Below, piece after piece: positions 27,997 to 38,364 of a stretch of 64,000 bases of DNA. Under the pieces are notes generated by a model. It saw only the letters and a list, made by a program, of their open reading frames with translations, was not told the DNA's origin and did no database searches. The position numbers were made by a program, and so were the translations under genes. Where the stretch lies: assembly GCA_014874185.1 (NCBI GenBank), contig JACWAF010000029.1, positions 1 through 64,000 of the forward strand, read 5' to 3'. Positions within the stretch are counted from its first letter, which is position 1; every line of letters begins with the position of its first letter. Source of the DNA: Nitrospirota bacterium. GTDB taxonomy: Bacteria; Nitrospirota; Thermodesulfovibrionia; Thermodesulfovibrionales; JdFR-88.

Positions 27997-28282
27997 CCTG
28001 GCTAATATATAACAACACCATTTTTAAATTGTCAACAAAAAAATCAGAAATAAGAACATTTGATGCTTTAAAGTGAACGATTACTCAAAAGGAACGTTCG
28101 TTGACTGAAGAGGGATGTTCAGGATTTGTGAACGCTTGTGCGCTGAATCGAATATACAACCAAACAGCTTGGCGAATGCATATAATTACAAGCAATCCCT
28201 CCTGACCTCCCCTCCCTTTGCCAAAGGGAGGAATTTACCCTTCTTTGACAAAGGGGGGTCAGGGGAGATTTTTCATCAAATT

Positions 28283-29116
28283 TCATCTGGTTCCCGCCAG
28301 CAGTTTCCTCACGGTTTCCAGGTTCCGGCGGTCGTCCCCGGGGTTGTCCTTTGGGGTCTCCAGTATCAGCGGGACATCTGAAAAAGGCTTGAAGGCGAGA
28401 AACTCCCTCATCCCCTCAAGCCCTATCTTCCCCTTTCCTATATGGTCGTGCCGGTCCCAGCCGGACCCTATAGTGCCCCTGGAATCATTCAGATGTATAA
28501 CCCGCACCCGCTTTAGGTCCCATGCCGCGCCGATCTCCTTTTTTAAAAGGGCAAGCCCCTCCGGGGCGCCCACGTCGTAGCCCGCGGCCCAGGCGTGGCA
28601 GGTGTCCAGGCAGATGCCGGCCGTGCCGGCCTCTTTCGCTATGCGCGCCACCTCGCCCACCGAGACCCCCGCCGTGTTCTCTATCAGGAGCCCCGTGTCG
28701 CCCCTGCGCCCGGCAAGCGCCGTCTTTATGGCCTTTATCAGCACAGGCCGGGCCCCGCCCTCTTCCCTGCCTATTTGATAGCCGGCGTGCAGGACGACGT
28801 AATCCGCCCCGATAGCGTCCCCGCGCGCGAGTTCTTCCTTCAGCATCCTGATCGATTTTTCCCTTATCTCCCCTTCCGCGCTGGTGAGGTTCACCAGATA
28901 TGAGGCATGGATCACGACGGGGCGGATGCCCAGTTCCCGTTTTAGCCTTCTGAACTCCCCTGCTTCGGCATCGGAGAGCGCCCGCATGGCCCAGCCCCTG
29001 GGGTTATGGGAGAACATCTGCATGGCGGTCGCGCCAAGCTCGCGCGCCCGCCTGAGGCTCTCCGGCAGGCCGCCTGATATGGATGTATGCACGCCAAGCC
29101 TTCTCATTTTTACCAT
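28283..29116 (-). CDS. nfo: Endonuclease IV (AP endonuclease, xylose-isomerase-like TIM barrel)
   Basis: LGVHTSISGGL...MQMFSHNPRGW...VVIHASYLVNL...HLND. Confidence 0.85.
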   Translation of the reverse strand: MVKMRRLGVHTSISGGLPESLRRARELGATAMQMFSHNPRGWAMRALSDAEAGEFRRLKRELGIRPVVIHASYLVNLTSAEGEIREKSIRMLKEELARGDAIGADYVVLHAGYQIGREEGGARPVLIKAIKTALAGRRGDTGLLIENTAGVSVGEVARIAKEAGTAGICLDTCHAWAAGYDVGAPEGLALLKKEIGAAWDLKRVRVIHLNDSRGTIGSGWDRHDHIGKGKIGLEGMREFLAFKPFSDVPLILETPKDNPGDDRRNLETVRKLLAGTR

Positions 29117-29167
29117 CCGGAATGTTATTATTAGGAAAATTTTAACCTATATGGCCCCGGATGGGAA

Positions 29168-30550
29168 TTGACGATAGGAACTGAAATGGTGACAGCACTT
29201 TTAATATTGATAGCCCTTCTGGCTGCGGCAAATATCTGGCTCACTCTGAAATCTATTAAAAAGGACGATTCGCGCGGGCTGGAGGAGATAAAAAACCTCA
29301 TCGGCTATTTCGAGCGGAACACGCGCGAGGAGTTCGCGAGGAGCCGCGAGGAATCCGGCAAAAGCTCCAGGGAGGCGCGTGAGGAGCTTTCAAACTCGCT
29401 CAAGTCCCTTACAGACTCCGTGCTGGCCCGGATGAGCGAGGCAGGCCAGATGCAGAAGAACCAGATGGACACCTTCTCCGCCCAGCTTGCCCTGCTCACA
29501 AAGACCAATGCCGACCAGCTTGAGAAGATGACCCTCAGACAGTCCGAGCTTACCGGCGCTATAGAGCAGCGGCTGGAGCGGATGCGCGAGACCGTGGAGG
29601 CGAAGCTAAAGTCCATACAGGACGACACGAACCTGAAACTGGAGAAGATGCGCGAGACGGTGGACGAGAAACTCCATAAGACTTTGGAACAGAGGCTTGG
29701 CGAATCATTCAGGCTGGTGAGCGAGCGGCTTGAGCTTGTCCACAAAGGGCTTGGCGATATGCAGAACCTTGCGGTGGGCGTGGGCGACCTGAAGCGGATG
29801 CTCTCCAACGTGAAGACGCGCGGCATCCACGGCGAGATACAGCTTGGCAACATACTGGAGCAGATACTCTCGCCGGAGCAGTACGAGCGGAACGTCATAA
29901 CCAAGAAGGGCACGCGCGACAACGTGGAGTTCGCCATCAAGCTCCCTGGCAGGGATGCAGATGGCAGCGTGGTCTATCTGCCCATAGACTCCAAGTTCCC
30001 GCTGGAGGCCTACTATGCCGTGGCGGAGGCCTCTGAGCAAGGCAACCCTGCCCTGGTGGAGGAGGCCTCGAAGCTCCTGGAAGGGGCCATCAAGAAAAGC
30101 GCCAAGGACATCAGGGACAAGTATCTGGACCCGCCCGGGACGACCGATTTCGGGATAATGTTCCTTCCGGTAGAGGGGCTTTACGCGGAGGTGCTGAGAA
30201 GGCCCGGCCTCTTCGAAACGCTCCAGCGCGATTACAAGATCAATATTACGGGGCCGACTACGCTTGCGGCGTTCCTGAACAGCCTGCAGATGGGCTTCCG
30301 CACGCTGGCGATAGAGAAGCGCTCCAGCGAGGTCTGGAAGATACTGGGCGGCGTGAAGACCGAGTTCGACCGCTTCGGCGAGGTGTTGAAACGGGCACAG
30401 GACAGGCTCACCCAGACCAGCAAGGAGATAGACACACTGGTCGGGGTAAGGACCAGGCAGATACAGGTGAAACTCAGAAAAATCCAGGAGCTGCCCGAGG
30501 AGAAAGGCCTGTTCCTTGAACCGGGCGGCACGGAAGAGGAAGAGAGCTGA
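29168..30550 (+). CDS. rmuC: DNA recombination protein RmuC
   Basis: N-terminal transmembrane anchor, long coiled coil and a C-terminal RmuC-like nuclease domain (YLPIDSKFPLEAY...GIMFLPVEGLY). Confidence 0.8.
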   Translation: MTIGTEMVTALLILIALLAAANIWLTLKSIKKDDSRGLEEIKNLIGYFERNTREEFARSREESGKSSREAREELSNSLKSLTDSVLARMSEAGQMQKNQMDTFSAQLALLTKTNADQLEKMTLRQSELTGAIEQRLERMRETVEAKLKSIQDDTNLKLEKMRETVDEKLHKTLEQRLGESFRLVSERLELVHKGLGDMQNLAVGVGDLKRMLSNVKTRGIHGEIQLGNILEQILSPEQYERNVITKKGTRDNVEFAIKLPGRDADGSVVYLPIDSKFPLEAYYAVAEASEQGNPALVEEASKLLEGAIKKSAKDIRDKYLDPPGTTDFGIMFLPVEGLYAEVLRRPGLFETLQRDYKINITGPTTLAAFLNSLQMGFRTLAIEKRSSEVWKILGGVKTEFDRFGEVLKRAQDRLTQTSKEIDTLVGVRTRQIQVKLRKIQELPEEKGLFLEPGGTEEEES

Positions 30551-31566
30551 TGGATAAGAAGATAAGAGAGCAAGCGGCGGGGATAAGAAGGCTTTGGAGC
30601 GCGTTCTGGCAGGCGAGGCCGGTGCTTACGGCGGTCAATTTCAATATCTTCGAGCATACTAAAAACAGCGCTTCGGCGCAGGACGTGGCCAGAAAAATAA
30701 AAGCAGACCCCAGGGCGGCGGAGATACTGCTGGATGCGCTTGCCGGGCTTGGCCTCCTTAAGAAATCCAGGGGCGCTTACCGGAACTCGAAAGAGGCGGA
30801 GCTTTTTCTTGTGAAGGACTCCCCATATTACCAAGGCGCCATAGCAAGGCATGCCGATAACCTGTGGAACAGCTGGTCGCACCTGGACGAGGTGCTCCGC
30901 ACCGGAAAACCAGCGCCGCGGGACGGGGACCGCTTCGATCTTGAGGCCTTCATAATGGGTATGCACAACCTGGCGATACTGAAGGCAGGGGACATTATAA
31001 AGGCCATCGGCATGAAAGGCGTCCATAGCGCGCTGGACCTGGGCGGGGGCCCCGGCACGTACTCTATGGAGATGGCCAGGGCCGGGGTGGAGAGCGTTAC
31101 GATCTTCGACCAGCCGGACGTGATAAAAATCGCTCAAAAGAACACCAGAAGGCATGGCATTCGGGCTGTGAAGTTCATGAAGGGCAATTTCAATAAAGAC
31201 GGTTTCGGCGCTGGCTACGACCTCGTCTTCATGAGCAACATACTGCATTCCAACTCTTACGGGGAATGCCAAAGCTTGCTGAAGAGGGCGAAGGCCGCCC
31301 TGAACCCAGGCGGGCGCGCCGTGATAAACGAGTTCTATCTGAAAAACGGCCGCACGGAACCCCTTGGGGGCGCGCTATTTTCCATAAACATGCTTGTCAA
31401 CACCCAGGGCGGGCGCGCCTATACCGGGGGGGAGCTTAAGGGCTTTCTGAGGAAGGCCGGGTTCCGGGACATTAAAGCAAAAATCCTCTTCGGCGATACG
31501 ATTGTGGTCATGGGGCGTGCCTCCACCCCGAAAAGCCCTCGGCTTTTCGGGGACCCCGGTGCCTGA
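30550..31566 (+). CDS. Class I SAM-dependent O-methyltransferase (Methyltransf_2/COMT-like)
   Basis: N-terminal winged-helix dimerisation region. SAM motif ALDLGGGPGTYSMEMAR. The ATGA overlap with rmuC indicates translational coupling. Confidence 0.75.
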   Translation: MDKKIREQAAGIRRLWSAFWQARPVLTAVNFNIFEHTKNSASAQDVARKIKADPRAAEILLDALAGLGLLKKSRGAYRNSKEAELFLVKDSPYYQGAIARHADNLWNSWSHLDEVLRTGKPAPRDGDRFDLEAFIMGMHNLAILKAGDIIKAIGMKGVHSALDLGGGPGTYSMEMARAGVESVTIFDQPDVIKIAQKNTRRHGIRAVKFMKGNFNKDGFGAGYDLVFMSNILHSNSYGECQSLLKRAKAALNPGGRAVINEFYLKNGRTEPLGGALFSINMLVNTQGGRAYTGGELKGFLRKAGFRDIKAKILFGDTIVVMGRASTPKSPRLFGDPGA

Positions 31567-31846
31567 AATAAAAATTCCGTTTCAGAAAACAGCGGCCGGG
31601 ATACGTTTCAAGGTGAAGGTGGAGCCCCGCTCCTCAAAGCGATGCATAGCCGGTGTGCACGGCGATGCCCTGAAGGTGAAGCTCACCTCCCCGCCCGTCG
31701 AGGGAAAGGCCAACGAGGACCTGATAGAGTTTTTAGCCGATGTGCTTGGCGTGAGAAAATCCAGCATCAAAATCGTCCAGGGGCAAAGCTCGAAGCAGAA
31801 GGTTGTGGAAGTGGACGGGATTAGCGATCTGAAAATGGAAGGCTGA
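31559..31846 (+). CDS. DUF167 (YggU) family protein
   Basis: IRFKVKVEPRSSKRCIAGVHGDALKVKLTSPPVEGKANEDLIEFLADVLGV. The start is approximate. Confidence 0.65.
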   Translation: MPEIKIPFQKTAAGIRFKVKVEPRSSKRCIAGVHGDALKVKLTSPPVEGKANEDLIEFLADVLGVRKSSIKIVQGQSSKQKVVEVDGISDLKMEG

Positions 31847-31939
31847 GGTCCGCTCAAGGACTTTTCTCCAGGATCTGCGCGCCTGGATAAAAATGGACCG
31901 CTCTCATGGGTTTGCCTGAGAGCGGTCCATTATGGCTGG

Positions 31940-32308
31940 TTAAGCCTTCGTTGTCTTAACGGTTCCGGGCGCCAGCATGCCTGCCGTCTGACCCAGAACC
32001 CATCCTGCGGCTGCCCCGCCGGCTATGAACATCAGGGCCGAAACCAGAACCCCCAACAGCATGAAAACCGCAACGAGCACCCTGGGCAGAAGCCCGGCCG
32101 CAACCGGGAATCCCGTAAGGAACCCCGCCAGGTTCAGCCCTATGACCCCGCCTATAAACGAGCCCGGCAAAATGCCGAATACCGCCATCAGGACCAATCC
32201 CGCACCCGCACCTATCAATGCCGTTTTAGCTGCCAGAGTCTGTCTCATCTTCTTTTCCCCCTTTTTTCTTTCTTGCCCTTCAATATGCATATCGCGTGCC
32301 ATTTGCAA
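31940..32308 (-). CDS. Small Gly-rich membrane protein (likely start at MRQTLAAK, about 32248)
   Basis: Three glycine-zipper-rich transmembrane helices. Confidence 0.5.
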   Translation of the reverse strand: MQMARDMHIEGQERKKGEKKMRQTLAAKTALIGAGAGLVLMAVFGILPGSFIGGVIGLNLAGFLTGFPVAAGLLPRVLVAVFMLLGVLVSALMFIAGGAAAGWVLGQTAGMLAPGTVKTTKA

Positions 32309-32434
32309 CCTGCTGTTTTTTCTGGTTTCCCGGAAACAGGCCCTTGCAGGCCTGCAAAAAGGGTTTCAGAAATGCAAAGGGCCGCCAAAATTGGACGCTG
32401 TGATAGAATTTATCTGAGGCAGGTTGTTGCCCGC

Positions 32435-34549
32435 ATGAAGAAGACAGACGCCAGGAAAAATATCCCCCTCATAATAAGTATTATTTACGCCGGCGCGGGA
32501 CTTGTCTGGGTCCTTATCGCCAACGCCCTTTTGTACGAATATATAAAAGGAGTGCGGGTATTCGCGGAATCCGAGGTCCTGAAGGGCTGGATATTCGTAC
32601 TGCTCACATCGGTCCTGATATATTTTCTGGCCCGCAGATATATCAGGACTTTCCAGAAATCCGAACGGGTGCTGAGGGAAAGCGAAGAGCGGTTCCAGAC
32701 ACTGGTCGAACGCACATCCTCGGCGATCTTCATCTACAGACAGAATATGCTTTTTGCAAACAGCACGATGGAGGCGCTGACCGGCTACAGCCGGGAAGAG
32801 CTGACCCGGATGAGCTTCGGCGACCTTATCGATCCCGAATTCCGGGCGGAAGTCATGCAAAAATGCGAGGCCTTCCTGAAGGGCTTTCAGAAGCCTGAGA
32901 AGTGCGAGTTCAAGATAATCCGGAAGGACGGGCAGCTCCGGTGGATAGATTTCACCACAAGCCTCATAAATTATTACGGCGCCCCGGCCGGGCTTGGCAC
33001 CGCCTTCGACATAACCGGGCAGAAAGAGGCATATGAGGCCCTCAGGAAGAGCGAAGAGAGATACAGGCTGGTCGTGCAGAGCGTGAGCGACTACGAGATA
33101 TTCGTGCTGGACACGGAGGGGTGCATCGTTGCCTGGAACCTCGGCGCGGAAAAGGGCAAGGGCTACGTCCTTGAAGAGGTGATAGGGGAACCGCATTCGA
33201 TCTTCTTCACGCAAAAGGACATGGAGGCCGGCCTTCCCCAGAAAGAGCTTGACATCGCACGCCGCGACGGGCACTTCGAAGACGAGGGGTGGCGGGTGAG
33301 GAAGGACGGCTCCCTGTTCTGGGCAAACGTGGTGACCACGGCCATGAGGGACGAAAAAGGCGAACTGAAAGGCTTTTCCAAAGTGATCAGGGACATCACC
33401 CGGCGCAAGGCGGCCGAGGACCTCCTCCGCGAAAGCGAAGAGCGCTACAGGATAATCCTGGAGACCGCCTCCGATGCCGTCATAACGATCGACGAAGACA
33501 GCAGGGCCGTTCTTGTCAACAGGGCAGTGGAAAAGATATTCGGGTACAAGGAGGAAGAGGTCCTGGGCAGGGTTATAACCATTCTGATGCCGGAGCGCTA
33601 CAAGGCGGCCCACCTTGCGGCGATAAAAAGGTATATTGAAACGGGAAAGGCCGTGGTCAATTGGGAATACCGCGAGATCGAAGGGCTGCGGAAAGATGGC
33701 ACGGAGGTCCCCCTTGAAATCTCTTACGGGGTCTTCAGAAAGGACGGGAAGTTCTTCTTTACGGGGATAGCGCGTGACCGCACGGAGCGGCAGCAGGCCG
33801 AGAAGGAGAAAAAGTACAAGGACATGCTGGAGCGCTTTAATGAAGAGCTTGAGACCGTAGTGGCCGAACGGACGCTCAGCCTGATGGCCCTGAGGCTTGC
33901 CGACCAGGTGCGCGGCCCCGCCTCGATAATAGGGCTTGCGGGCAGGAAACTGGAGCAGGTGAAAGGGATCTCGCCGGACCTGAGGGAAAACATCTCCATG
34001 ATAATGGAGGAGGGGCAGAAGCTGGAGGCCATGGTGAGGGACTTCCAGTCCCTTCTGAAGGCCAGGCAGCCGGTCTTCACCTACCAGGATATAAACGGAA
34101 TAATAAGGGGCGTGCTGGAGGTGGTAAAGAGGGAAGCCGAGGCAAAGAGGGTGGAGATAACAGACCGCCTGCCCGGCATCCCCCTCAGGATAAACGCCCA
34201 GCGCGAGCTGCTGAGGATGGCCGTCTTCAGTCTGCTGAGGAATGCCGTAGAGGCAACCCCCGAAGGGGGCAGGGTGATTATCTCGGCCTATGCGGAGAAA
34301 GGGAACGTTGTCTTTTCGGTCTCGGACGGCGGCCCCGGCATGCCAAAGGAGGCCGTTGAGAAGCTCTTCGACCCGTTTTACAGCGCGCGGGTCTATCGGT
34401 TCGGCATGGGCCTGCCGCTTATAAAACAGATCATAGCCGAGCACCTTGGCCAGATAGAGGTGGACAGCGCTCCCGGAGCGGGCACCACTTTCAAAATAAT
34501 CCTTCCGGTCAGGTGGATGCAGAAGGCGCTGAGGGCGGGTTCCGTTTGA
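32435..34549 (+). CDS. Multi-PAS sensor histidine kinase
   Basis: N-terminal transmembrane segments. Several PAS/PAC repeats (…GWRVRKDGSLFWANVV..; ..RKDGTEVPLEIS..). C-terminal HATPase_c (VSDGGPGMPKE...GMGLPLIKQI...GAGTTFKIILP). Confidence 0.85.
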   Translation: MKKTDARKNIPLIISIIYAGAGLVWVLIANALLYEYIKGVRVFAESEVLKGWIFVLLTSVLIYFLARRYIRTFQKSERVLRESEERFQTLVERTSSAIFIYRQNMLFANSTMEALTGYSREELTRMSFGDLIDPEFRAEVMQKCEAFLKGFQKPEKCEFKIIRKDGQLRWIDFTTSLINYYGAPAGLGTAFDITGQKEAYEALRKSEERYRLVVQSVSDYEIFVLDTEGCIVAWNLGAEKGKGYVLEEVIGEPHSIFFTQKDMEAGLPQKELDIARRDGHFEDEGWRVRKDGSLFWANVVTTAMRDEKGELKGFSKVIRDITRRKAAEDLLRESEERYRIILETASDAVITIDEDSRAVLVNRAVEKIFGYKEEEVLGRVITILMPERYKAAHLAAIKRYIETGKAVVNWEYREIEGLRKDGTEVPLEISYGVFRKDGKFFFTGIARDRTERQQAEKEKKYKDMLERFNEELETVVAERTLSLMALRLADQVRGPASIIGLAGRKLEQVKGISPDLRENISMIMEEGQKLEAMVRDFQSLLKARQPVFTYQDINGIIRGVLEVVKREAEAKRVEITDRLPGIPLRINAQRELLRMAVFSLLRNAVEATPEGGRVIISAYAEKGNVVFSVSDGGPGMPKEAVEKLFDPFYSARVYRFGMGLPLIKQIIAEHLGQIEVDSAPGAGTTFKIILPVRWMQKALRAGSV

Positions 34550-34622
34550 CAGCGCCCGCTTCTAATGAGATTCTTTAACCAGGAGCAATCCTTTCAATAA
34601 ACCATCCCGGAGGAAACAAAAA

Positions 34623-34787
34623 TGTTCGGAAGAAAAAAAGGGCTGAAAAAATTCATGTCCAGAAGGAGGGCCCTGATAGGCAATATCGCGTCCGTGGTCA
34701 CGGCCGCCGTGGTCATAGGCGGTGTCTATCGCAGGATGAAGCACCGGAAGGCGAGGAGGATGGGAATCCTCGGGAGGCTTGCCTGAG
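34623..34787 (+). CDS. Possible 54-aa basic protein with one transmembrane helix (MFGRKKGLKKFMSRRRALIGNIASVVTAAVVIGGVY...)
   Basis: A GGAGGA RBS lies 7 nt upstream. The ORF is below the ORF-track cut-off. Confidence 0.3.
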
Positions 34788-34792
34788 GCTTA

Positions 34793-35167
34793 TCATCCAG
34801 GCTTTAACCCCGGTTTGAAATTAACCAGTATGATGCAGGCGGCCAAGGCAAGGCCATAGAAAGTGGCCCTGTCCGCCGCGATGAGATAGGCTGTCAGGCC
34901 GAAGAGGGCTATGCACTCGGCAAGCGCCCAGGTGATAAGCGACGCCCGCCTGTAGGCCGGCAGCTCAAACCCGCGTGCCTTTCTGAATATCCTCTTCCTT
35001 GTCTCCGGGATTATCAGAAATACTATCAGCACGGAGAGGGCAAAAAAGACGTAATAAAAATTTTTTATGGCATAACCCCGGCGGAAAGGGCCTATTGCCC
35101 TCCCGATGAGGAGCAGGGCGGCAACCCCCGTCAGCATCATCCACCAGAGTCTGTCCAGCGCCTTCAT
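34793..35167 (-). CDS. Small integral membrane protein
   Basis: Four predicted transmembrane segments. Confidence 0.5.
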   Translation of the reverse strand: MKALDRLWWMMLTGVAALLLIGRAIGPFRRGYAIKNFYYVFFALSVLIVFLIIPETRKRIFRKARGFELPAYRRASLITWALAECIALFGLTAYLIAADRATFYGLALAACIILVNFKPGLKPG

Positions 35168-35559
35168 TTAAGCGGTCTTGGTTTTGATTCAATAAACGGC
35201 CCCGGCATGGGCTGCATCTCCTCCTGCAGCGGATAAAGGCCTTTTGGCAGCCGGTACCAGGGGCCCGTCCTGCTCCTGCTGAAATACCAGAAGGCTTTTC
35301 CGGCCCTGTAATAATATACCTGATCGAACAAATAGATATTTCTCCCCTGTATAAGGAGGACGGGTGGAAGCCCGGAGACCCTTTCCAGCATCTCCGGCGA
35401 GGGGTCTTTTATGTCCCTCGGAAGGGGCGGCTCCAGCCCGGCGGAGAGCGGCTGCAGCCACTTTGATTCGTAATAAACCGGGCGCGGGGTTGCCACATAC
35501 AGCCCGCATCCCGCCATCATAAGGGCCATCAGGAAAAACCCCGCCGCTGCATTCCGCAT
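35164..35559 (-). CDS. Putative lipoprotein
   Basis: Lipobox-like sequence (LMALMMAGCG). The start overlaps the downstream gene. Confidence 0.5.
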   Translation of the reverse strand: MRNAAAGFFLMALMMAGCGLYVATPRPVYYESKWLQPLSAGLEPPLPRDIKDPSPEMLERVSGLPPVLLIQGRNIYLFDQVYYYRAGKAFWYFSRSRTGPWYRLPKGLYPLQEEMQPMPGPFIESKPRPLK

Positions 35560-35690
35560 AGAACAATTTTAGCACCGAAGGAGACCGGAGTGAGATATTT
35601 TTAAAATCCGAGGGCTGCCGGAAACTGAACTGCTCCTGAGTTTATGTTTTCTAGGTCAGAGCCACCTGTAACCTTTATCGAGGAATTCAC

Positions 35691-35719
35691 GTGCGAGTCA
35701 CCCGCCCACGGGTGACCCA
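35691..35719. repeat. 29-nt GTCACCC-N6-GGGTGAC element, copy 2, in a divergent promoter region upstream of rarA
   Basis: Near-identical copy at 26968-26996. Confidence 0.75.
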
Positions 35720-35779
35720 CTTTAAATTCCTTCTTTCGCCCACCCGGCGGAGGCGCGCGGAATTGTTGTAAACTTATGT

Positions 35780-37012
35780 ATGGAGCTGTTTTCCAGGGAC
35801 GAGCCGCTTGCCTACCGCATGAGCCCCCGCACGCTTTCGGAATACACCGGGCAGGAACACATAATAGGCGAAGGGAAACTCCTGCGCCGCGCCATCGAGG
35901 CCGACAGGATTACATCCATCATCCTATTCGGCCCGCCCGGCACCGGAAAGACCGCCCTGGCACGGGTGATAGCCAACCACACAAAGGCCCGCTTCGAGTG
36001 GCTGAACGCCGCCACCGTTGGGCTCCCGGAGCTTCGAAAGGCCATCGCGGAGGCCAGGAAGTACAGGAAGGCCGGGCAGAAGACGCTGCTCTTCCTGGAC
36101 GAGATACACCGCTTCAACAAGCTTCAGCAGGACGCCCTTCTTCCAGACGTTGAGGACGGCAACGTGGTGCTCATAGCGGCCACCGTGGAGAACCCGTTTT
36201 TCTACGTGAACTCCGCCCTGCTCTCCAGAAGCCAGATATTCGAGCTGAAACCCCTGAAGAGGGAAGACCTCGTCCTGGTCCTCAAACACGCCCTCTCGGA
36301 CAAGGAGCGCGGGCTGGGCGGCATGAGCATCAAAGCGGATCCCGACGCGCTTACTCACCTGGCCAAGGTGGCCGACGGTGACGCGAGACGCGCACTTTCC
36401 GCCCTGGAAGTGGCGGCCCTCACCACGCCCGCCGGGCCGGACGGCGCAGTCCACATCACCATGCAGGTGGCCGAGGAGTCCATCCAGAAAAAGGCCGTGG
36501 TCTACGACAAGGCCGGCGACCAGCACTATGACACCATTAGCGCGTTCATAAAGAGCATGCGCGGCTCCGACCCGGACGCGGCCATCTACTACCTTGCCAA
36601 GATGATCTACGCCGGCGAGGACCCGCGCTTCATCGCCCGAAGAATAGTCATCTTCTGCGCCGAGGACATCGGCAACAAGGACCCGATGGCACTGGTGCTG
36701 GCCACATCCGCCCTGCGTGCGGTGGAGTTCGTGGGCATGCCCGAGGGCAGAATCCCCCTCGCCCAGGCCGTCCTCTACGCCGCAAAGGCCCCCAAGGGCA
36801 ACGCCTCCATAACCGCCATAGACAAGGCCCTTAAAGACGTGGCCAGCGAGGAGACCCTTGAAGTCCCCGACCACCTCAAGGACACCCACTACAAGGGGGC
36901 CGAAAAACTGGGCCACGGCAAGGACTATAAATACCCCCACAACTACCCCGACTCCAAGGTGGAACAGGAATATTTAAAGGAAAAGAAGAAGTACTACGAG
37001 GAAGAAGAGTAA
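35780..37012 (+). CDS. rarA: Replication-associated recombination protein A (AAA+ ATPase)
   Basis: RMSPRTLSEYTGQEHIIGEGKLLRRAIE...[17 protein letters not shown]...LFLDEIHRFNKLQQDALL. The C-terminal MgsA domain is present. Confidence 0.9.
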   Translation: MELFSRDEPLAYRMSPRTLSEYTGQEHIIGEGKLLRRAIEADRITSIILFGPPGTGKTALARVIANHTKARFEWLNAATVGLPELRKAIAEARKYRKAGQKTLLFLDEIHRFNKLQQDALLPDVEDGNVVLIAATVENPFFYVNSALLSRSQIFELKPLKREDLVLVLKHALSDKERGLGGMSIKADPDALTHLAKVADGDARRALSALEVAALTTPAGPDGAVHITMQVAEESIQKKAVVYDKAGDQHYDTISAFIKSMRGSDPDAAIYYLAKMIYAGEDPRFIARRIVIFCAEDIGNKDPMALVLATSALRAVEFVGMPEGRIPLAQAVLYAAKAPKGNASITAIDKALKDVASEETLEVPDHLKDTHYKGAEKLGHGKDYKYPHNYPDSKVEQEYLKEKKKYYEEEE

Positions 37013-37016
37013 AGGC

Positions 37017-37141
37017 CTACTTCTCTTTTTTGTAAAAAAGAGAAGTAGCAAGAGAAAAAATTTTTGCATTTTTTCCTGCTTACTTCAGCGGGAAAAAATC
37101 TAAAAATTCTCTTTGCTACTTTCTCTTATAAGAGAAAGTAG
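37017..37141. repeat. Composite hairpin element A: perfect palindromes at 37017-37048 and 37116-37141 flanking inverted tail motifs
   Basis: ctacttctcttttttgtaaaaaagagaagtag ... rc(caaagagaatttttagattttt) ctactttctcttataagagaaagtag. Confidence 0.85.
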
Positions 37142-37146
37142 AATCT

Positions 37147-38364
37147 TTAAAATACTTCGATAGTTTTTCTCAGCGAGGGGACAGGGCCGGGGGTGGTTCT
37201 GGGTTGGAGGCCGGCGGAGAACTCGGGTGCCCCGATAAAGAGGCTTTTGAGGCCGGGAGCCATCAGGTGATTTCGCGCCTGTTCGAGTGTTTCCGGAAGG
37301 CAAGGCCTGTTCTCTTCAAGAAGATAAAGCCCGTGCCAGTTCTGCATGCCGTCCATGAATATGAAAGGGTGGCGCGAGAGGAACCGGACCGCCGCGGGGG
37401 ACTGATAACCCGGGCTTACCCAAACGCCTTCATAGCACTGTTTTTCCCTGGAGAGCACGGCGCCCCATTTTTTCTTGAAGCAGAAGACCCCGTCATCAAG
37501 GAACGGGCGGGACTTGCCAAGGTCCAGCAGGGAGAACCCGGCCTCCCGGGCGTGGTTGATCATATAGAAATAGGCTATCGTGGGGAGCGCCTTTTTGACA
37601 TCAAGGTCGACATCAACGGCTCCTCCCGTAACGGAAAAGCAGCATGAATTGCCGCGCTTATAGCAAAAATGCGCGTATACCGGCTTCCCGTCGTACAGCA
37701 CTTCAAGCAGCCAGCCTTTCCTGAAAAACTGCCAGTAACGGTTTATGTCGCCTATTACGGCCATATCCTTATGCCGCTCTTTCATAAGCGGCAGGTGCAG
37801 GTCGTAGAAAAATCTTTCAAAACGGGCGGGATCAGAACTCACCCTGCAGGTGATGCCGTGTTTCTTTATCTTGGCCAGACGCCCTCTGATCTCGTTTCTC
37901 CTGAAGGCGGCATCCGCCGGACCGTTTTTTTTCAGGTCGAGCACCTGCGGCACCCAGGGCAGGGTCAGAAAACCGCCCTGGCCGGAAATCTTCAGAAGGA
38001 AGGGGAAAGGCATCTCCACAAAGACGAGGTCGTATGTTTTGCGGAGCTGTAAAACCGCCTCTTTAAGGCGGGATAGAGGAGTATGCCCCAGGATTTCCGC
38101 CGGAGGGACAGTTTCGAAAGCGAGTTTGCTTAAATAATCAAGGCTCCTGAAGAAACCGAGGTAGGCTATCCGCATGGGACCGTGGGGGCCATCGCCGCTT
38201 AAACTTTTTATGGGGAGACGAATCATCCTGTATTTGGCTACCGCCGCCCTTGCCGCAAAAAGCAGGGGATCGGTCAGCGGATAGGCGGGCTCCGGCAAAG
38301 AAAGCTCAATCCTTGCGATTATGCTTTTCAGGCCCTGGCTCAGGTTCATTTTTGCTCTTTTCAC
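37147..38364 (-). CDS. FemAB/GNAT-fold acetyltransferase-like protein (BioF2/CelD-like peptidoglycan-bridge family)
   Basis: About 400 aa. Motifs typical of the family (HFCYKRGNSCCFSVTGG...AGFSLLDLGKS). Confidence 0.5.
   Translation of the reverse strand: MKRAKMNLSQGLKSIIARIELSLPEPAYPLTDPLLFAARAAVAKYRMIRLPIKSLSGDGPHGPMRIAYLGFFRSLDYLSKLAFETVPPAEILGHTPLSRLKEAVLQLRKTYDLVFVEMPFPFLLKISGQGGFLTLPWVPQVLDLKKNGPADAAFRRNEIRGRLAKIKKHGITCRVSSDPARFERFFYDLHLPLMKERHKDMAVIGDINRYWQFFRKGWLLEVLYDGKPVYAHFCYKRGNSCCFSVTGGAVDVDLDVKKALPTIAYFYMINHAREAGFSLLDLGKSRPFLDDGVFCFKKKWGAVLSREKQCYEGVWVSPGYQSPAAVRFLSRHPFIFMDGMQNWHGLYLLEENRPCLPETLEQARNHLMAPGLKSLFIGAPEFSAGLQPRTTPGPVPSLRKTIEVF

Noticed and set aside
32366-34444. 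692-aa minus-strand ORF antisense to the PAS histidine kinase
   Set aside because: No domain-like sequence. The plus strand carries clear PAS and HATPase_c motifs.
35924-36940. 338-aa minus-strand ORF antisense to rarA
   Set aside because: Shadow ORF (Gly/Val/Leu-rich, no motifs). The plus-strand Walker A/B motifs are clear.
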